This document shows positions 1-12,329 of a stretch of 64,000 nt of DNA, piece by piece. The stretch's first letter is position 1. The number at the start of each line of letters is the position of its first letter. This DNA comes from Camelus ferus. Lineage: Eukaryota. Where the stretch lies: contig NC_045698.1 of NCBI RefSeq assembly GCF_009834535.1, forward strand, positions 560,001 to 624,000, written 5' to 3'. A program made the translations under genes and the position numbers. The notes under the pieces were generated by a model. It did no database searches, was not told where the DNA came from, and worked only from the letters and a program-made list of their open reading frames with translations.

Positions 1-61
1 GCATTAGGCAGTGTTTGTTAAATTTTTACAAATTGGCAAGAAAGGAAAATGGAATCTTGTA

Positions 62-250
62 GGGGCGGGTGTAGCTCAGCGGTAGAGGTGCACGCTCAGC
101 GCGCGCGAGGTCCTGGCTTCCATCTCCAGTACCTCCATTAAGTAAATAAATGAACAAGCAAACAACAAACAAATAAAAACAAAGTAAATAAGACTAATTA
201 CCCCTGCCCCAAAAAAAGCGTGAAGAAAAAAACCAAGTTAAAAAAAAAGC
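62..250 (+). mobile_element. tRNA-derived SINE, camelid Vic-1-like, in a TRIP13 intron
   Basis: GGGGCGGGTGTAGCTCAGCGGTAGAG A-box head, GAGGTCCTGGCTTCCATCTCCAGTACCTCC degenerate B-box region, A-rich tail; degenerate TSD GAAAATGGAATCTTGT (45-60) / GAAACGGAAGCTGT (257-270). Family name from recall. Confidence 0.85.
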
Positions 251-921
251 TCATTAGAAACGGAAGCTGTTGCTTTGATAAGCAGAGTAAACAGTTAAAC
301 AGTTAGGGCAGGAGCTTGGTGCTTTGGGGAAGAGGAAAGTGTTTGGTCCTGCTGCTTGGACACAGAGAGACATGTGAGCACCAGGAACCCCAGGTGCATG
401 AGCTCGAGGCCCAGGCTGGTGGCACTTTCAGGCTCTCAGGTGTCCTTGTGATCCACAGGTGGGGAAGGGAAGGCCTGAAATGGAGCAGAGCCTCGAAAGA
501 CAGTTAGAATTTGGATAAACTGGAGAGAATTCAGGAAGACCGCGGGCGTTGTGTGTACGGGTGACCTCAGGTGGTGATGCTGGCGGGAGGGGGGGCCTCA
601 GAGGTACTGTCTGTTGAAGAGATTTAAAGTTATTGTGGTGGGACAGAGGACAGCGGTTCAGAGACTTGTGCAAAAATTCTTCGAGACGTTGAACCAGCCT
701 GGTTTCTTGGGGAACCCAAGTGCCAGCTGGGTACCCACCTCATCCTGTGCCGTGCACGGTGTCAGGGCAGCGAGGAGCCTGTCCCTCCTGGAGCAGTGGC
801 TGAGGCCTGCGGGAGACCAGCCCCCCTGTGAGGGGCTGTCAGGGAGGGACATCAGGGACTAGTCACGACACGTGTGGCTGTCCGTGTGGTGTTGACGTCC
901 CCAAGCTGGTTACGTTCACAG

Positions 922-991
922 GAAGAGCGAAGGCCTCAGCGGTCGGGTCCTGAGAAAACTCCCTTTCCTGGCGCACGCGCTGTACATTCAG
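922..991 (+). CDS. TRIP13: TRIP13 (Pch2-family AAA+ ATPase) penultimate coding exon, 70 bp
   Basis: AG acceptor 920-921, GT donor at 992 (CAG|GTGAG); encodes (R)KSEGLSGRVLRKLPFLAHALYIQ, matching the recalled TRIP13 segment SEGLSGRVLRKLPFLAHALY. Confidence 0.96.
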
Positions 992-1277
992 GTGAGCCCC
1001 CGGCCGCCCTCTGCTCTGGGCCCTGCTTCACCACCGCCTCTTCTGTCCGGCGGGATGTGGCCTCACTGAGGCCCCCTTGCCACCGTTGGGGCTTTGCCTC
1101 ATTTCATTGTTTCTAACGTGATGGGCTCCTCAGGCCGCGGGAGGCGGGGCCGGGTGCCTGCCCACGTCCTTCGGCACATCGGGGGCTCACGTCCAGGCCT
1201 CCCTGCCTCCTCAGGTGCTCGCGCTGGGTGGGCCCCGCCGAGCGCCAGGACCTCCGCGATGCCACCTGTCTTTCCAG

Positions 1278-1373
1278 GCCCCCACCGTCACCGTCGAGGG
1301 CTTCCTCCAGGCCCTGTCTCTGGCAGTGGACAAGCAGTTTGAGGAGAGAAAGAAGCTCTCCTCCTGCATGTGA
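1278..1373 (+). CDS. TRIP13: TRIP13 last coding exon, 96 bp including stop
   Basis: Pyrimidine tract TCTTTCCAG acceptor ending 1277; encodes APTVTVEGFLQALSLAVDKQFEERKKLSSCM*, TGA at 1371-1373; phase 0 agrees with the upstream exon. Confidence 0.96.
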   Translation, partial: APTVTVEGFLQALSLAVDKQFEERKKLSSCM

Positions 1374-2145
1374 ACCGAGTCCCCGCCCACGTTCTCGGTG
1401 AGCTCACAGCTAGGAAGCAGCATGGCTTCCCTCCGGCCCGGCCGCCCTGGGGGCCTCCGAGCCCACGGCTGGGGCCCGCAGGCTGGGACCCGCAGGCCGG
1501 GGCGCTCGCGGAGCGTGCTGTATTCTCATAGTTCTAAGTGCACGTCAGCAGACGAGCAGCCTGTCGTTCTGCTGCTTCGAGAGAGGATCACCGAGCTCTC
1601 TGTGGAGGACTGTCCCGGATCCCGCCTCCGTGATTGGACCCAGAGTGCTGACAGGTTTTGCTTAGGAAAGATGGCTGATGTCAGGTTTACGCGAGCAGAG
1701 GGGAGACTGTGTCGTCCCAGATAAGAGCGTGATCACGGCGTCGAAGCCGTGCACGTCCCGCCAGACGGGGCGGCGGCCCTTCCTCCCGTGAGCGTGTGTG
1801 TTCAGTGCAGACGTTTCGGGGGCTGTCTGATGAATAAGAAAAGCCCGTTCCTGTGTTACAGAAATCGAGGAACAAATTCTAGGTCAAGTGTTCTCCGCAG
1901 GAAGCAGACGCGGTGCTGTTTGTGGGAGAGCTGCGGCTGGCCTGGGGCGGCCTCCCTGGCGGCCAGCGCGGGAGCATCACGGGGACACCCCGACTTGTTT
2001 GTTCAGTGACGGCGGTCTCGGCTCAAATGAAGATGCACCTCGACGGGTGTAGAATAAACTGGTCGATAACTGGTGTGCTCTGCAGAATGTTGTTTTGCTT
2101 TTATCTCATGGCAGAATAAATTCCGTATTAGTGTTGTGTACACAT
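1374..2145 (+). other. TRIP13: TRIP13 3' UTR (end approximate)
   Basis: Runs from the stop codon to two AATAAA hexamers, where composition turns AT-rich. Confidence 0.7.
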
Positions 2146-2172
2146 TTTTAAAAGAACGTGTTACTGTTTGTT
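2053..2172 (+). terminator. TRIP13: TRIP13 polyadenylation signals
   Basis: AATAAA at 2053-2058 and 2115-2120; GU-rich element GTGTTACTGTTTGTT at ~2158-2172. Confidence 0.75.
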
Positions 2173-5100
2173 ATAGAACTTTTTAAGTATTAAAATTTTT
2201 TCCCCAGAGTTTTCAGTTTGATTCTCTTATCTCTCCCAAGTGCTTTGAGCTTTATTTAAGAATTGCTCACACAGTTACTGACTTTAGCATTTTAAGCCTT
2301 GAGGTGTAGTGCATCCGGAAGTGACTGTGCAGCCCTGGGGGGCCAGGGTTGGGTACAGGCAGGGAGGACCCGAGGTCCCAAGCCTGGGCCGACAGCCGGC
2401 CTTGGCTCCAGTCGGATCCAGGACTGGAGCGACTCCTGCCTTGGAGTCCAGAGCCTGGCTCTGTGGCTTCCTCAGGACCTGGACTGAATTAAGCTGAAAG
2501 TGGGGTCTGTGGGCACCGGGGTCAAGGAGAGGGGCGGTGCTCCAGGGTTGGGGCTGGACGGGGCGAGGATCCTGAGCAACTTGGTTTCGCAGGGTTGCTG
2601 CTACAGTGCCCAGTGTCCAGGCATCCGGCTGGAAGGAGGAGCCTGGGGAGAGAGGGAGCAGGGGGCCCGGAGCCCAGCCAGTACAGATGAGCAAGGGGCA
2701 GGTGTGGCAGGGTCTGCGGGCAGGGACAGATCTGATCCAGGGTCCACCAGACCATCTCCCAGAGCCTGGCCGTTGCCAGTGGGCACCAGAGGGCAGCACT
2801 GCTCTGCGGGACGGATGGGAGGGTCTGGGGCTCAGCCAAGACCCCGGGGCAGGAAGAGTCATCAGCAAAGGCGGCCAGCCTTGCCCCGTGTCCCTGTTCA
2901 GGCCCTGTGGTCCCCTCTGCGCCCCACGGGCCACGTGTGTCTGCCCACAGGACATCGTGCACATGTGTGTTTGTGGGGAGGGGGACACGGATATTCTCAG
3001 CCCATCGTGCCTCCAGGCCTCAGCTCTCTGCACCCACCGCCTTCCAGGGGAGGGCCCTGCTGGAGAGGGGCGGCCTGGGCACCATAAGGGGTCATACCTG
3101 GGACCCCAAGCAGAGGATGCAGGCCCGGTCTTCTCGCCCAGGCACAGGCCATCCTGGCACTTTCTGGGCTGTGGCCCAGCTCCCAAGACGTAGGTTGTTG
3201 GGCCCCACAGGATGCTCCCACTGACCCAGGCCCAGGATGGAGAAGGGCTGCTCTGCCCACAAGGGGCAGGTTCCTGTTGTGGGCAGCCCACTCCTCGTTG
3301 GAGAGGTGGCCAGAGCATGTCCCCAGGAAGCCCGAGGGGCCGTGAGACTCACGATGGTCTTCTGGTCCATCAGCTCTTCTGAGTCCCCCAAATCAGCTGG
3401 TGTGAGCTGGGGGTCCTGAAGCCCCCGTGGACCACCGCAGCCACAAGGCCCTGCCTGGTACAGAGGGCAGGACCGGGGCTGGTGGGGCCACGGCTCAGCC
3501 ACCCCTGAGGGAGTCCACGGTCATCCCAGGGTCATCGGGTGCCACAGGGCCAGGCTGGGTGTGGGTTTTGAAAAATCATCTTGGGGGCAGTTCTGGGGTT
3601 TTCCCCTGGCCCTCCCCACTAGGAGGGCTCCCACCTTGCGCAGGTGCCTGGCAACCGCCAGGTGTGTTCACCCCCTTGACGCCTGGGCTGGGGACACCGC
3701 CTCCCCCTGGCCACCCACGTCCATCCGCACCAGCTCCATGCAGCCGTGCTGGGGTCTCTGGGCCTCTTCACCCCCGGGTCTTTGTGGGGATGGGGTCCTG
3801 TGTCCCGAGAACATGCCTTAAGTTTCTGAATGCTCACAGCCCCTTGGTGACGCCCCAGAGTCTGGCAGGGGCTGCTCCCTCCTGCAGTTCAGCTGGGGTG
3901 TGACCTCTTCCCTCCTCCGGGGGGACCGTCAGGTCCCCAGCTGGGCTGTGCTGCTTAATCCCTGTTTGGGGGAGGGGGGGTACTTCCGCAGGCTCAGAGG
4001 TTCAGACAGGTCAGGGGGGTTATGTCGGGGCCCTGCTCAGACGTCCTGTTCCTGGGTCACGGTCCAGGGTGCCCCAGGGCCCTGACCTGCCTCTTGGCCG
4101 ACACTGTGCTGTCTCGAGCTGAGCTGCTCCACCCAGGAATTCTCTGTGTGTCTTCTCTCTGCCGCCCGAGAGGCGCTCCTCTGAGTGTCCAGAGGCTCTC
4201 TGGCCCTCACGCTCCTTGGAGGTCAGTTGTTAACCGCTCACAGCTTGTCCTTCTCTGCATGCGGGGCATCCGGGCGACTTAGTATCAGCTTCCGCTCCGC
4301 GTCCGTTGCCTCTCCGTTGACTTTCCCGAGCCTTTCACCCATCTCTGGCCAGCACACCCCCACTTTACGGGCCGGCCTCCTCCTGGCCTCGCTGCCTGCC
4401 CCTCCCCCCGCCAGGGACGGTGTCCGCCCCCCGCCGTGCAGAGAGTGCTCCAAGCGGGGTAAGCGGGCCTGGGTAGCGGGAGCCATCAGACCACCGCGCG
4501 GGCCCCACGGGTTGGACTGTCCGCCCGAGGATGGCGTGTTAGCGGAGCCCGTGCTGGGGGAGGGAGGCCCTGGAAGCACTCAGGCGCTGTCATGAGCACA
4601 CTGCGTTGTAAACACTGCAGGGAACACGGGGCTCCCGGGTAAAAGATGAAGGTCTTCGTCGTGCACAGCACGGCCTTTGTTCCTTGTGTCCCCACATCCC
4701 GTGGGGCCACGGGCAGGGTCCAGGTGGATGCTGGTGGCCGTCAGGGCTGCAGACTGGGCTGGGGAGACCTAGTCTCCTGCCAGTGGGAGGCAAACCTACC
4801 CTCTGCTCCATGGGAGGACCGTGGACGTCCCTGACCCGACAGTCAAGATGCACAGAGGAGTGTGGTCCCGCCTGGGGCCACTGGGAGGAAGGTTCCTCTT
4901 TGGGCCGGGGTTGGACCTGAGGGGCTAACGGTGGGAGGTGACCACGGCCCTGGCAGTCTGGCGGGGTCTGGTGAGCACAGAAAGCCTGCCCCAGGTTCGA
5001 CCAGGAGGTGTGAGCCCAGAGAGGCCGGCTGTCTGGGGGAGGTTGGCACTAACTCCTGGAGGGCCCTGGTGGGACACGCAGCACCCTGAGGGACAAGGTG

Positions 5101-5399
5101 GCGTTAGAGCAGGTGGAGACGCGTGGCAGGACCCCTGCAGTGTGTGTCGGGTCTGGGGAGTGGGAAGGGCAGGGAGGGGCACTGAAGATGGTTGGGAAAC
5201 TTCCGCCGGAGGACACGAGGACACGGCTGGTGGCACATCTGCATTGGTGGCAGCAAAGAGCCTGGCGGAGGTTGGATGGAGACGTGTGGCTGGGTTTGCG
5301 GTGAGCGCGGCCCCGGCCCCAGAGAGACGCAGTCTCCGACTGCAGGAGAGGGCGGCGCAGCCAGGAGTGCAGGCGGGGCCGCGGGGCGTGAGGCTGGCT

Positions 5400-7050
5400 A
5401 CCTTCTCTTGGGGTCGCTGAGTCATTTATGCCTGAGACCTTCAGTCCCTGTGACCCAAGCCATCACTGGTGACTGGAACCGTCTCTCGCTGTCACCTGAG
5501 CTGCTGCGCTATGACAGGAGCCTTCTTTCCACGTCACCTGAGCTGTTGTTTGTGACTCGAAGCCTTTCTTTCTCTGTCATGTGAGTGACTGTGACTGGAA
5601 GCTGCGTCTCTGTGACTTCACTTACCATTTATGACTGGAAACCGTCTCTGTCCTATAAGTTGGTCTGTATAGTTGGAATGTTCTTTTCTTATCACCTGAG
5701 TTATAATTTTTGACCAGAAACCTTGCACTTCCTCCCATCTGAGTTGTCACTTACGATGGGAACCCCCGTTTATCCTGCGTCACTGGTTGTAACTGGAAGC
5801 GCCCGCCGGCACCCGGTCTCCCTTCACGGCGCGAGGCGTTCTCCTTCGCCTGAATAGTCAGCTGTAAATGGAAAGCTCTTTCCTGCGTCACACTGGTTAC
5901 ATGTGACGAGAGATCTTCTTCCTGCCGCCTGAACTACCATTTATGACAGCGACGTCTCCCCTCTCACCTGAGCTGCGTTTGTGGCTGGAATCCGTTCTTT
6001 GCTCTCGTCCGACCTCTCCTTTATGACTGGGCGCCTTCTCTGTGCCACCTGTTGTCGCTCGTGCCTGAAATCCCCATCCTTTCCCGAGTGTGTCATCACT
6101 CGCGGCTGGAATTTTTCCTCCTGTCTCTTCACTTGCCTCTTGTAGGACAAAGCCTCCTTCTCTGCCTCCTAACTCGCCATTTGTGACAGGAAACCCTTAT
6201 TCTCCAGCATCTGCTTGTTGATTCATGGAAACCTTCCTTCCCTCTCACTGAAGTATCACTTACATCCAGAAAACGGCTTCAGTCGCCTACGCTTCTTCTG
6301 CGACCGGAACCTTCTCTCCTGTCGCCCGGGCCGTCCTTCATGACTGTCTCCACCATGTGAGCAGCCGTCTGTCTCCACGACCCGCTTGCCCGCGCTCTGA
6401 CTCGCACCAGGAGGCCTTCCTCTCCCGCCTCCTGACTGTCCACTCAGGGCTGAAGCTGCTCGTTCTCTGCGCCTGTGCCTTGTCATTAGCGACCGGACAC
6501 CCTCCTTCTCCAGCGCTCGGGTTGTCGGTGTGACAGGAAAATTACTGACCACCTGAGTCGACACTTTCGGTGGGACTTGCTCTCTGTCGTCCGAGCCGTC
6601 GTGACTGGCAAAGTTCTTCCCGTCAGCTCCGTTGCCCTCGTCTGGGAACCTTCCCGTGCACACCCGAGCACCTTTGTGACAGGACATCTCACGTGTGATT
6701 TGTGACCAGAGCCCCTGGGTCACCGTTTGTGCTTGGAACCCTTCTCTCCGTCTCTGAAATGCTATATACGGCAGCAGCTTTCCCCGGCGCGTGTCTGGAC
6801 GATCCTTGCTGACGGGCTGTCATTTCTTTCTCTAGCACCTGAGTTGTAGTTTGTGGTTTCAAGCCTCCCTTCCCCGTCTCTGACTGCACACCTTTGCCGT
6901 CTGTCCCCTGAGTGCTCACCGGCTGGGACGCCCGCATCCCGACCCCCGAGCTGTTGTCCGCGACAGGACCCTCCGTCCTAGCCCCGGTCGCAGTCTGTGA
7001 CTGGAGACCCCTTCTCTCACCGCCTTGCCGCTTCTGACTGAAAGCACGTC
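5400..7050. repeat. Degenerate tandem array, ~40-bp unit, roughly 40 copies
   Basis: TGACTGGAA-like anchor recurs at about 5470, 5512, 5553, 5592, 5632, 5711, 5790, 5904, 5944, 5982, 6024, 6062, 6184, 6301, 6531, 6602, 6998; by-eye consensus CTGTCACCTGAGTTGTCATTTGTGACTGGAAACCTTCTTT. Confidence 0.85.
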
Positions 7051-10000
7051 GGCGTGTGGCTGTGTCCGCTGGGGCGGCCCTCCCTGCGCCCGTGTTCTCC
7101 TGCCATTGCTCGGTGGCGATTACGCTCCTCAGCTACGCTCCCCGGCAAGGCCGCTGCCCGTGATCGTGGGCCCCTGAGATTACGCCCCCCGGGGCTGTGC
7201 CCCTGGTCACCTGTGCGCCCTCCCACCCGTGAGTGGGGAACCCGCTTTTTCATGTGCAGAAATGCAGCTGCTGCAGCCCAGAGTGGAGCTCCGGTCGTCC
7301 CTGCCTGACGACAGCCTGTGTTCGGCTGAGCGACGTGAGCTGCTTGGTTCCACCTGCACAGGGGTCTCCTCAGCCCCAGTTCTCCCGCGGCAGGCTTGCC
7401 TCCTGCCCTCTGGCACCGGGCAGGCTGTCAGGGGCCTGACAGCTCCTCAGCAGGACAGGACGGCTCTGCAGCGGGGCCACCCACCCCCGTGGCCAGGCGA
7501 GCACTCGGACACCTGGCCTTCTCATTGGCTTTGCCAGGAGAGGCGGGAGAGTGACCGGCGACTGGTAACTGACCGCCCAGATTCCCTGGGAGGAGCCGCA
7601 GGCTGGACAAGGGAAGGTGGCCACGAGGGCCTGCCAGCCCAGGCTCTGGACAGGTCCCAGCTTAGGACGCCTTCTGTCCCCAGGTCTGGAAATCGGCGCC
7701 AAGGCGGACAGAGCCATGGTCCACACTGACAGGCGAGACCCCTAGCGCCCTCCTTCCCCAAGGAGCAGAGTGGCTGCGAGGACACGGCAGCCACCTCCAC
7801 ACGGCCTTCCCGCCGGGGGAGAAGTGGCGTCAAGGGTGATGGACGAGAGCACAGGGACGTTGATGACCTCCATCCCGGGGCTCGGGAAGAGCCACCAGCC
7901 GCGGGAGGCACCTTCCGTGCGGGGATCTAGCCTGGCCCGCCCGCCACGTCCGACTGAGCTGTGTGCTTTCTGCGAGATTCTGGGGGTCACTCAGCCGGAG
8001 CGCCCACCAGTTTTATTGCTCTAACATCTGGGACCAGGGACACAGGGCTGGTTCTTAGCAGGACACGCGGACGGACGGGGCTGCCGGTCCCCAGGGGACT
8101 TGCTCAGGACCCCTCTGCTTTCTGGCATCAGACCGAGGTTAGGCCTATTTCTTCCCCATCGTGAAGTGAGTATGGGCTCGGTGTAGGAAGCCACCGACCC
8201 CCAGCCGTGGTCCAAGGGTGGCCAGTCTAAAACTATCAAAGGCTTTGATTTTAAATTGTGTGTGTGATGGCCAGCGGACCCACATCTCCTCGTTGTGAGA
8301 AAGCGGAGGCGTCACCTTGATTGAGGTGCAAAACCTCCGTCGCTGGGACTCAGGGAGCCAGACCCTCGGGGACAGACCAGGGCTCCTGGGTGTCGTGCAC
8401 ACTGACAGCCTGGTCACCAGGTGGGAAGAGGCCTCGTCTGTCCCCAGGGTCCATCGACAGGGCACCGGCCCACCCCACAGGGCCGGAGCATCCAGGGCCC
8501 CACGTGGAGCTGGGGGATGGGCAGACACCAGGCTCTCAGTGCCCCTGGCCGGTGCTCCGAGGGGCCGCATTGGCCGTGGAGGCACAGCAGGGAAGGCGGG
8601 GAGGGAGGTCGGGGTCGTGCTGGCCCCCAGACTGCACGGGAAGGACAGGGCCCCATCGGACACACGGCCAGGTGTGGCTTCTGTCTCCCTCCCACCCCCA
8701 ATCCACGCGCATCCCAGTCCGACAGGTGTGAGACAGCAGTGGGCAGAAGCCTGGGTGACATACTCGACACACGACAGCGGAGGAACGTGTGGCTTCTGAG
8801 GTGAAATTGCCCATGTGAGGCCGCCAGGCCTGGATCCCCGCTGGGGGAGGTGCCCCGCGGCGAGAAGACTGCTCTCGGTCGGGGCCCCTCGGGCCCCTCC
8901 ACGTTCCTCCCTGAAAGAGAAGCTCTTCTCCTCCTTTCTGTGATTTGACCCTGGGAGTCTGAGTTCCTGGGGTTGGACGTGCACCCGGGGGACAGCTCCT
9001 CCTCCTGTCCAGCTCCCGGACATGGCCACCCCCAGGACAGGGCCGACTCACCGGCCAGCAGCCATCGCCCCGCGTGAGCGCCCAGCAGGCGTCTCCCCTC
9101 CTCACACGGCCGGTCCGCGTGGCCCCGTCTCCGGCGAGAGGTCTGGAGTCGGGACCTGGATTTTCTCTGGGTGAAGCACTTCATCTGATTCAGGGGTTTC
9201 AGACTTCAAAACCCATGGAACTTCTTTTCAGAAGAAGCCTCACCTGGAAGCCCAGCCTGAGAGTGAAGCGAAGGAGAACTTCCCCACAGGGAGGAGCAGG
9301 TGGAGCGCCTGCGCAGGTGGCTCCCCCGCGACCCTGCCCCGGAGGTCTGGGGTGGGGCCCAGGCCTCCCTGCGAGCTGCCTGTAGGGAAGGACGAAGTCC
9401 TTCTCTGCCTCGGGTTTTGTGACGGGAAGATGCCACCAGGGGAGGTGGGGCTGGGAGGGCCCTGGTGGGAACAGTTCCCAGAAAACCATTCAGTGATCGG
9501 CTTCCCAGAGAGGCCGGTATCTGGGCTCTCAGGAGCTTCTCAACCTTTCCATCACCTCGAGGGGAGAACAGAAGGCGACTGGGGTTGCTGGGGCCTGTGG
9601 CCCTGTGCACCTGTCCCCTGGGCAGGCAGGAGCATTTCTACAGCCCAGACCTTGAGACCCTAAGCCCCACACGCTGCACCACCGAGCTCAGGGGCAGAGG
9701 CTGTCTCCCAGAGGTGGTGCTGCAGGAAGCTTCCCGAGCCCCGCGGGGAGTTCAGACTCTGGTGTGGGAGGTCCCCAGGGGCCATCGAGTCCACGAGGTG
9801 GGACCCTCCCAGCTGGGGCGAAGTCAGAGGGCGGCTGGGCCATGGGGCGGGTCTAGTTCTGCCAGGAGTGGCCGCAGGTGGGCCTGAGCCTGCGAGGACC
9901 AGCAGTGACCATGACCTGTCGCCCCAGGGCAGCAGGGGTCCCATTGTGCGGCTGCACCAGGACTGTCAGAGTGGCTCCAGCCAGCACGCACGTGTGACAC

Positions 10001-12329
10001 CAAGGGCGGAGCGCACCGGTCGGGACTAAAGCAGGATTGTTGTCTATGTTTGCCCGACTTCAAATTTTCCTTCCGTAAACGCTGGCCAAAGGCAGAGTTG
10101 GAACCCACTTCCATGCTCCTTGCCATCTTGGGGTCACTGACTCGTGTCCAGTACCACTAGGAAGGTGGCCAGGCTGGGCAGGGGCACCCTGAGCCGATGG
10201 CCCCTCCCCCTCCTTGGTCTTCCCGAGTCCTGGCCAGGGACCCTCAGAGTGGCCTGGAGGTTCCCTCAGAGTGGAAGGAGGCAGCAGCGTTGCCCCACAG
10301 TTAGGCCTTTCTTCTGCAGGTTTTACAAAGCGTTGACTGTGTGAACATGGGCTAAGCCCCTCCCAGGGCTGGGAGCATGAACTCTGGTCTTTTGTGGGTT
10401 AGTAGGAATCTCGCCATGTGAAAACAGAGCCAAAGGTCACACGCCAAGACCGCGGTGTGAACTTAGACTCCAGGAAAGCACAGGCTCTGAGCTGGGCATC
10501 AGGGACACAGACCTGGGGGCCCAGCTGGGAAGGCAGGGGCTCTGCTGAGGCTGAGAGAGAGGGCTTCACAGACTCTGACCCCCAGCTGCCACCAGGCCAC
10601 AGGGTGTGTTCCTCAAAGGGCCTGACCAGTCCCTTGTCTGACTCCAAAGCTGGGCATCCACCCCACCTCAACTGGACACACAGCGCGATGTGGGTGGTGG
10701 GGTCATGGCGTCATCAACTTAGTCCACGGCCAAGACGCTCCTCAAAGACTGGAGACCATAAGGTGATTCGAGTGGGGCCCGGACAGCTGGCAGCTGAGGC
10801 TGGAGCTGACGGGGGGGACGCGGCCCTCGGGGTAGGACGGGATGGGAGGTGCCTGGCCAGTAGGAACCCCAGCACGACCCCGGCCTCGTGGGCACCAGCT
10901 CCAGCCCCTGGGGACGGAAAGGGCTTTCTTTCTGGAAATGCGGGCGTGGTGGACCCGGCCCACCAGGAAGCAGGGAGCAGGTCACCCAGCATCGCTGCTG
11001 GCGATGCCCCGCCTCGCCCTCCCACAAGGACTGCAAATGCCCAGTACTGGACGGGATCTTCCTCCGCAGTGGGTCACCCCAGAAATGCACCCGGCCACAC
11101 TCAGGCAGCTCGTGGTCAATTGCAGTGGGAGGCGGGACAGACAGACGGACGAGCTTCAAGTCTGTTTTACTCTGTTCAGCTAGGGCTGCTCCTGCGAGGG
11201 AAGGGCCGCTCCCACCCTACAGGGAGGTCCGGCAGGAAGTGTGCTTGTGGTCACACAGCCAGGACAGCATGGACCTGGCCCTGAGGCTCCAGCTCTCTGC
11301 ATTTTGTGACCTGGAATGCTCTCCGACAAGCCCCAGCTTCGCGGGAGCCCCAGACCCTCCCAACTCTACAGTTTATGACCTTGAGGCCACCATAGTCACA
11401 CACAATCTTCCCAAAAGTAGCAGGTTAGTCCCGAGGGACAGAGGCGGGCGACCCTGTACAAACTCGAGGGGAGTGGCCTCTGGAAAACGCTCGCCCCGGG
11501 CAACCCTCCAGGGCGCCCAGGGAGTAAGACTTGGGGGCACTGGGCGAGGCAGCACCACGCGTAGCCCTGGTCCTTTGGAGGTGCAGACTGAATCCCAGAA
11601 GGTTCCACAGGGAAACGTGTGAGGAACGTGCAAACGACAGAGTCGGACAAGCCACAGACACATCGGGGAAGTAGGAGAGGGAGATGCGGGCACAGGATCG
11701 GCCGTTCCAGCCCTAGGAGACCCAGGGTGGACGGGGTGGTCCCTGAGGGCCCAGGTGTCTGTCCTGGAACCAGCTTCACTCTGTGCACCCAACAGAATTC
11801 GCCCCAGTGCATGTGGGACACCAGAGGAGACACAGCATCTCCGTTCTCAGGGCAGGACGACGCTGTCAGAGGTCACGAGGGCAGGGGCAGTGCACTCCAC
11901 CCACTCGGACATGGGCTTGGCCTGCCCTGTGTGCGTGGGCACCCAGAGGGGCACACGGAGGAATGAGTGAAGGGATGAATGGATGTGTGATGGACCAGAG
12001 GGGGCTGCCAATGTGCCCAGGGCAGGGGCCGCTCCCCCTTCCTGGGACCCAGGGCGGCTGCAGATCCAGGTGCCCTGGGGCCTCTGGTCTGAGGGATCCC
12101 AGCTGCCCCTGAGGCCGCCGCCTGAGGAAACCCTCTGTGGAACTGCTGCGGCCGCCGCCGACGGGGCTTCCAGCTGCTGAGCAGGACGTCCGCGTCGCCT
12201 GCCTCCTCGTCCTTCGAGCAGAACAGTTAGGTGACCAGGTGATTTTTTTTCTTCCTTTGTGACCAGTAACTTCGTTATTACACGTACAAGCCTGTAACGA
12301 TATTAAAAACCAGAAGTGTGAAGAACTCA

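Noticed and set aside
62..135. Possible tRNA genes here and at 23757 and 27993
   Set aside because: Degenerate stems, A-rich tails and, for two copies, flanking duplications identify them as SINE heads.
1359..1373. TRIP13 ending in SSCM as a possible CaaX prenylation signal
   Set aside because: The cysteine is second from the end, not fourth; this is the variable tail of the protein.
2284..3318. 344-aa minus-strand ORF and similar 200-320 aa intergenic ORFs (8145..9029, 10418..11284, 14522..15388, 38361..39329)
   Set aside because: Overlapping ORFs in several frames, low-complexity composition, no recognisable family.
5400..7050. CRISPR-like appearance of the 40-bp array
   Set aside because: Mammalian context, no cas genes, and whole units are degenerate copies rather than identical repeats with unique spacers.
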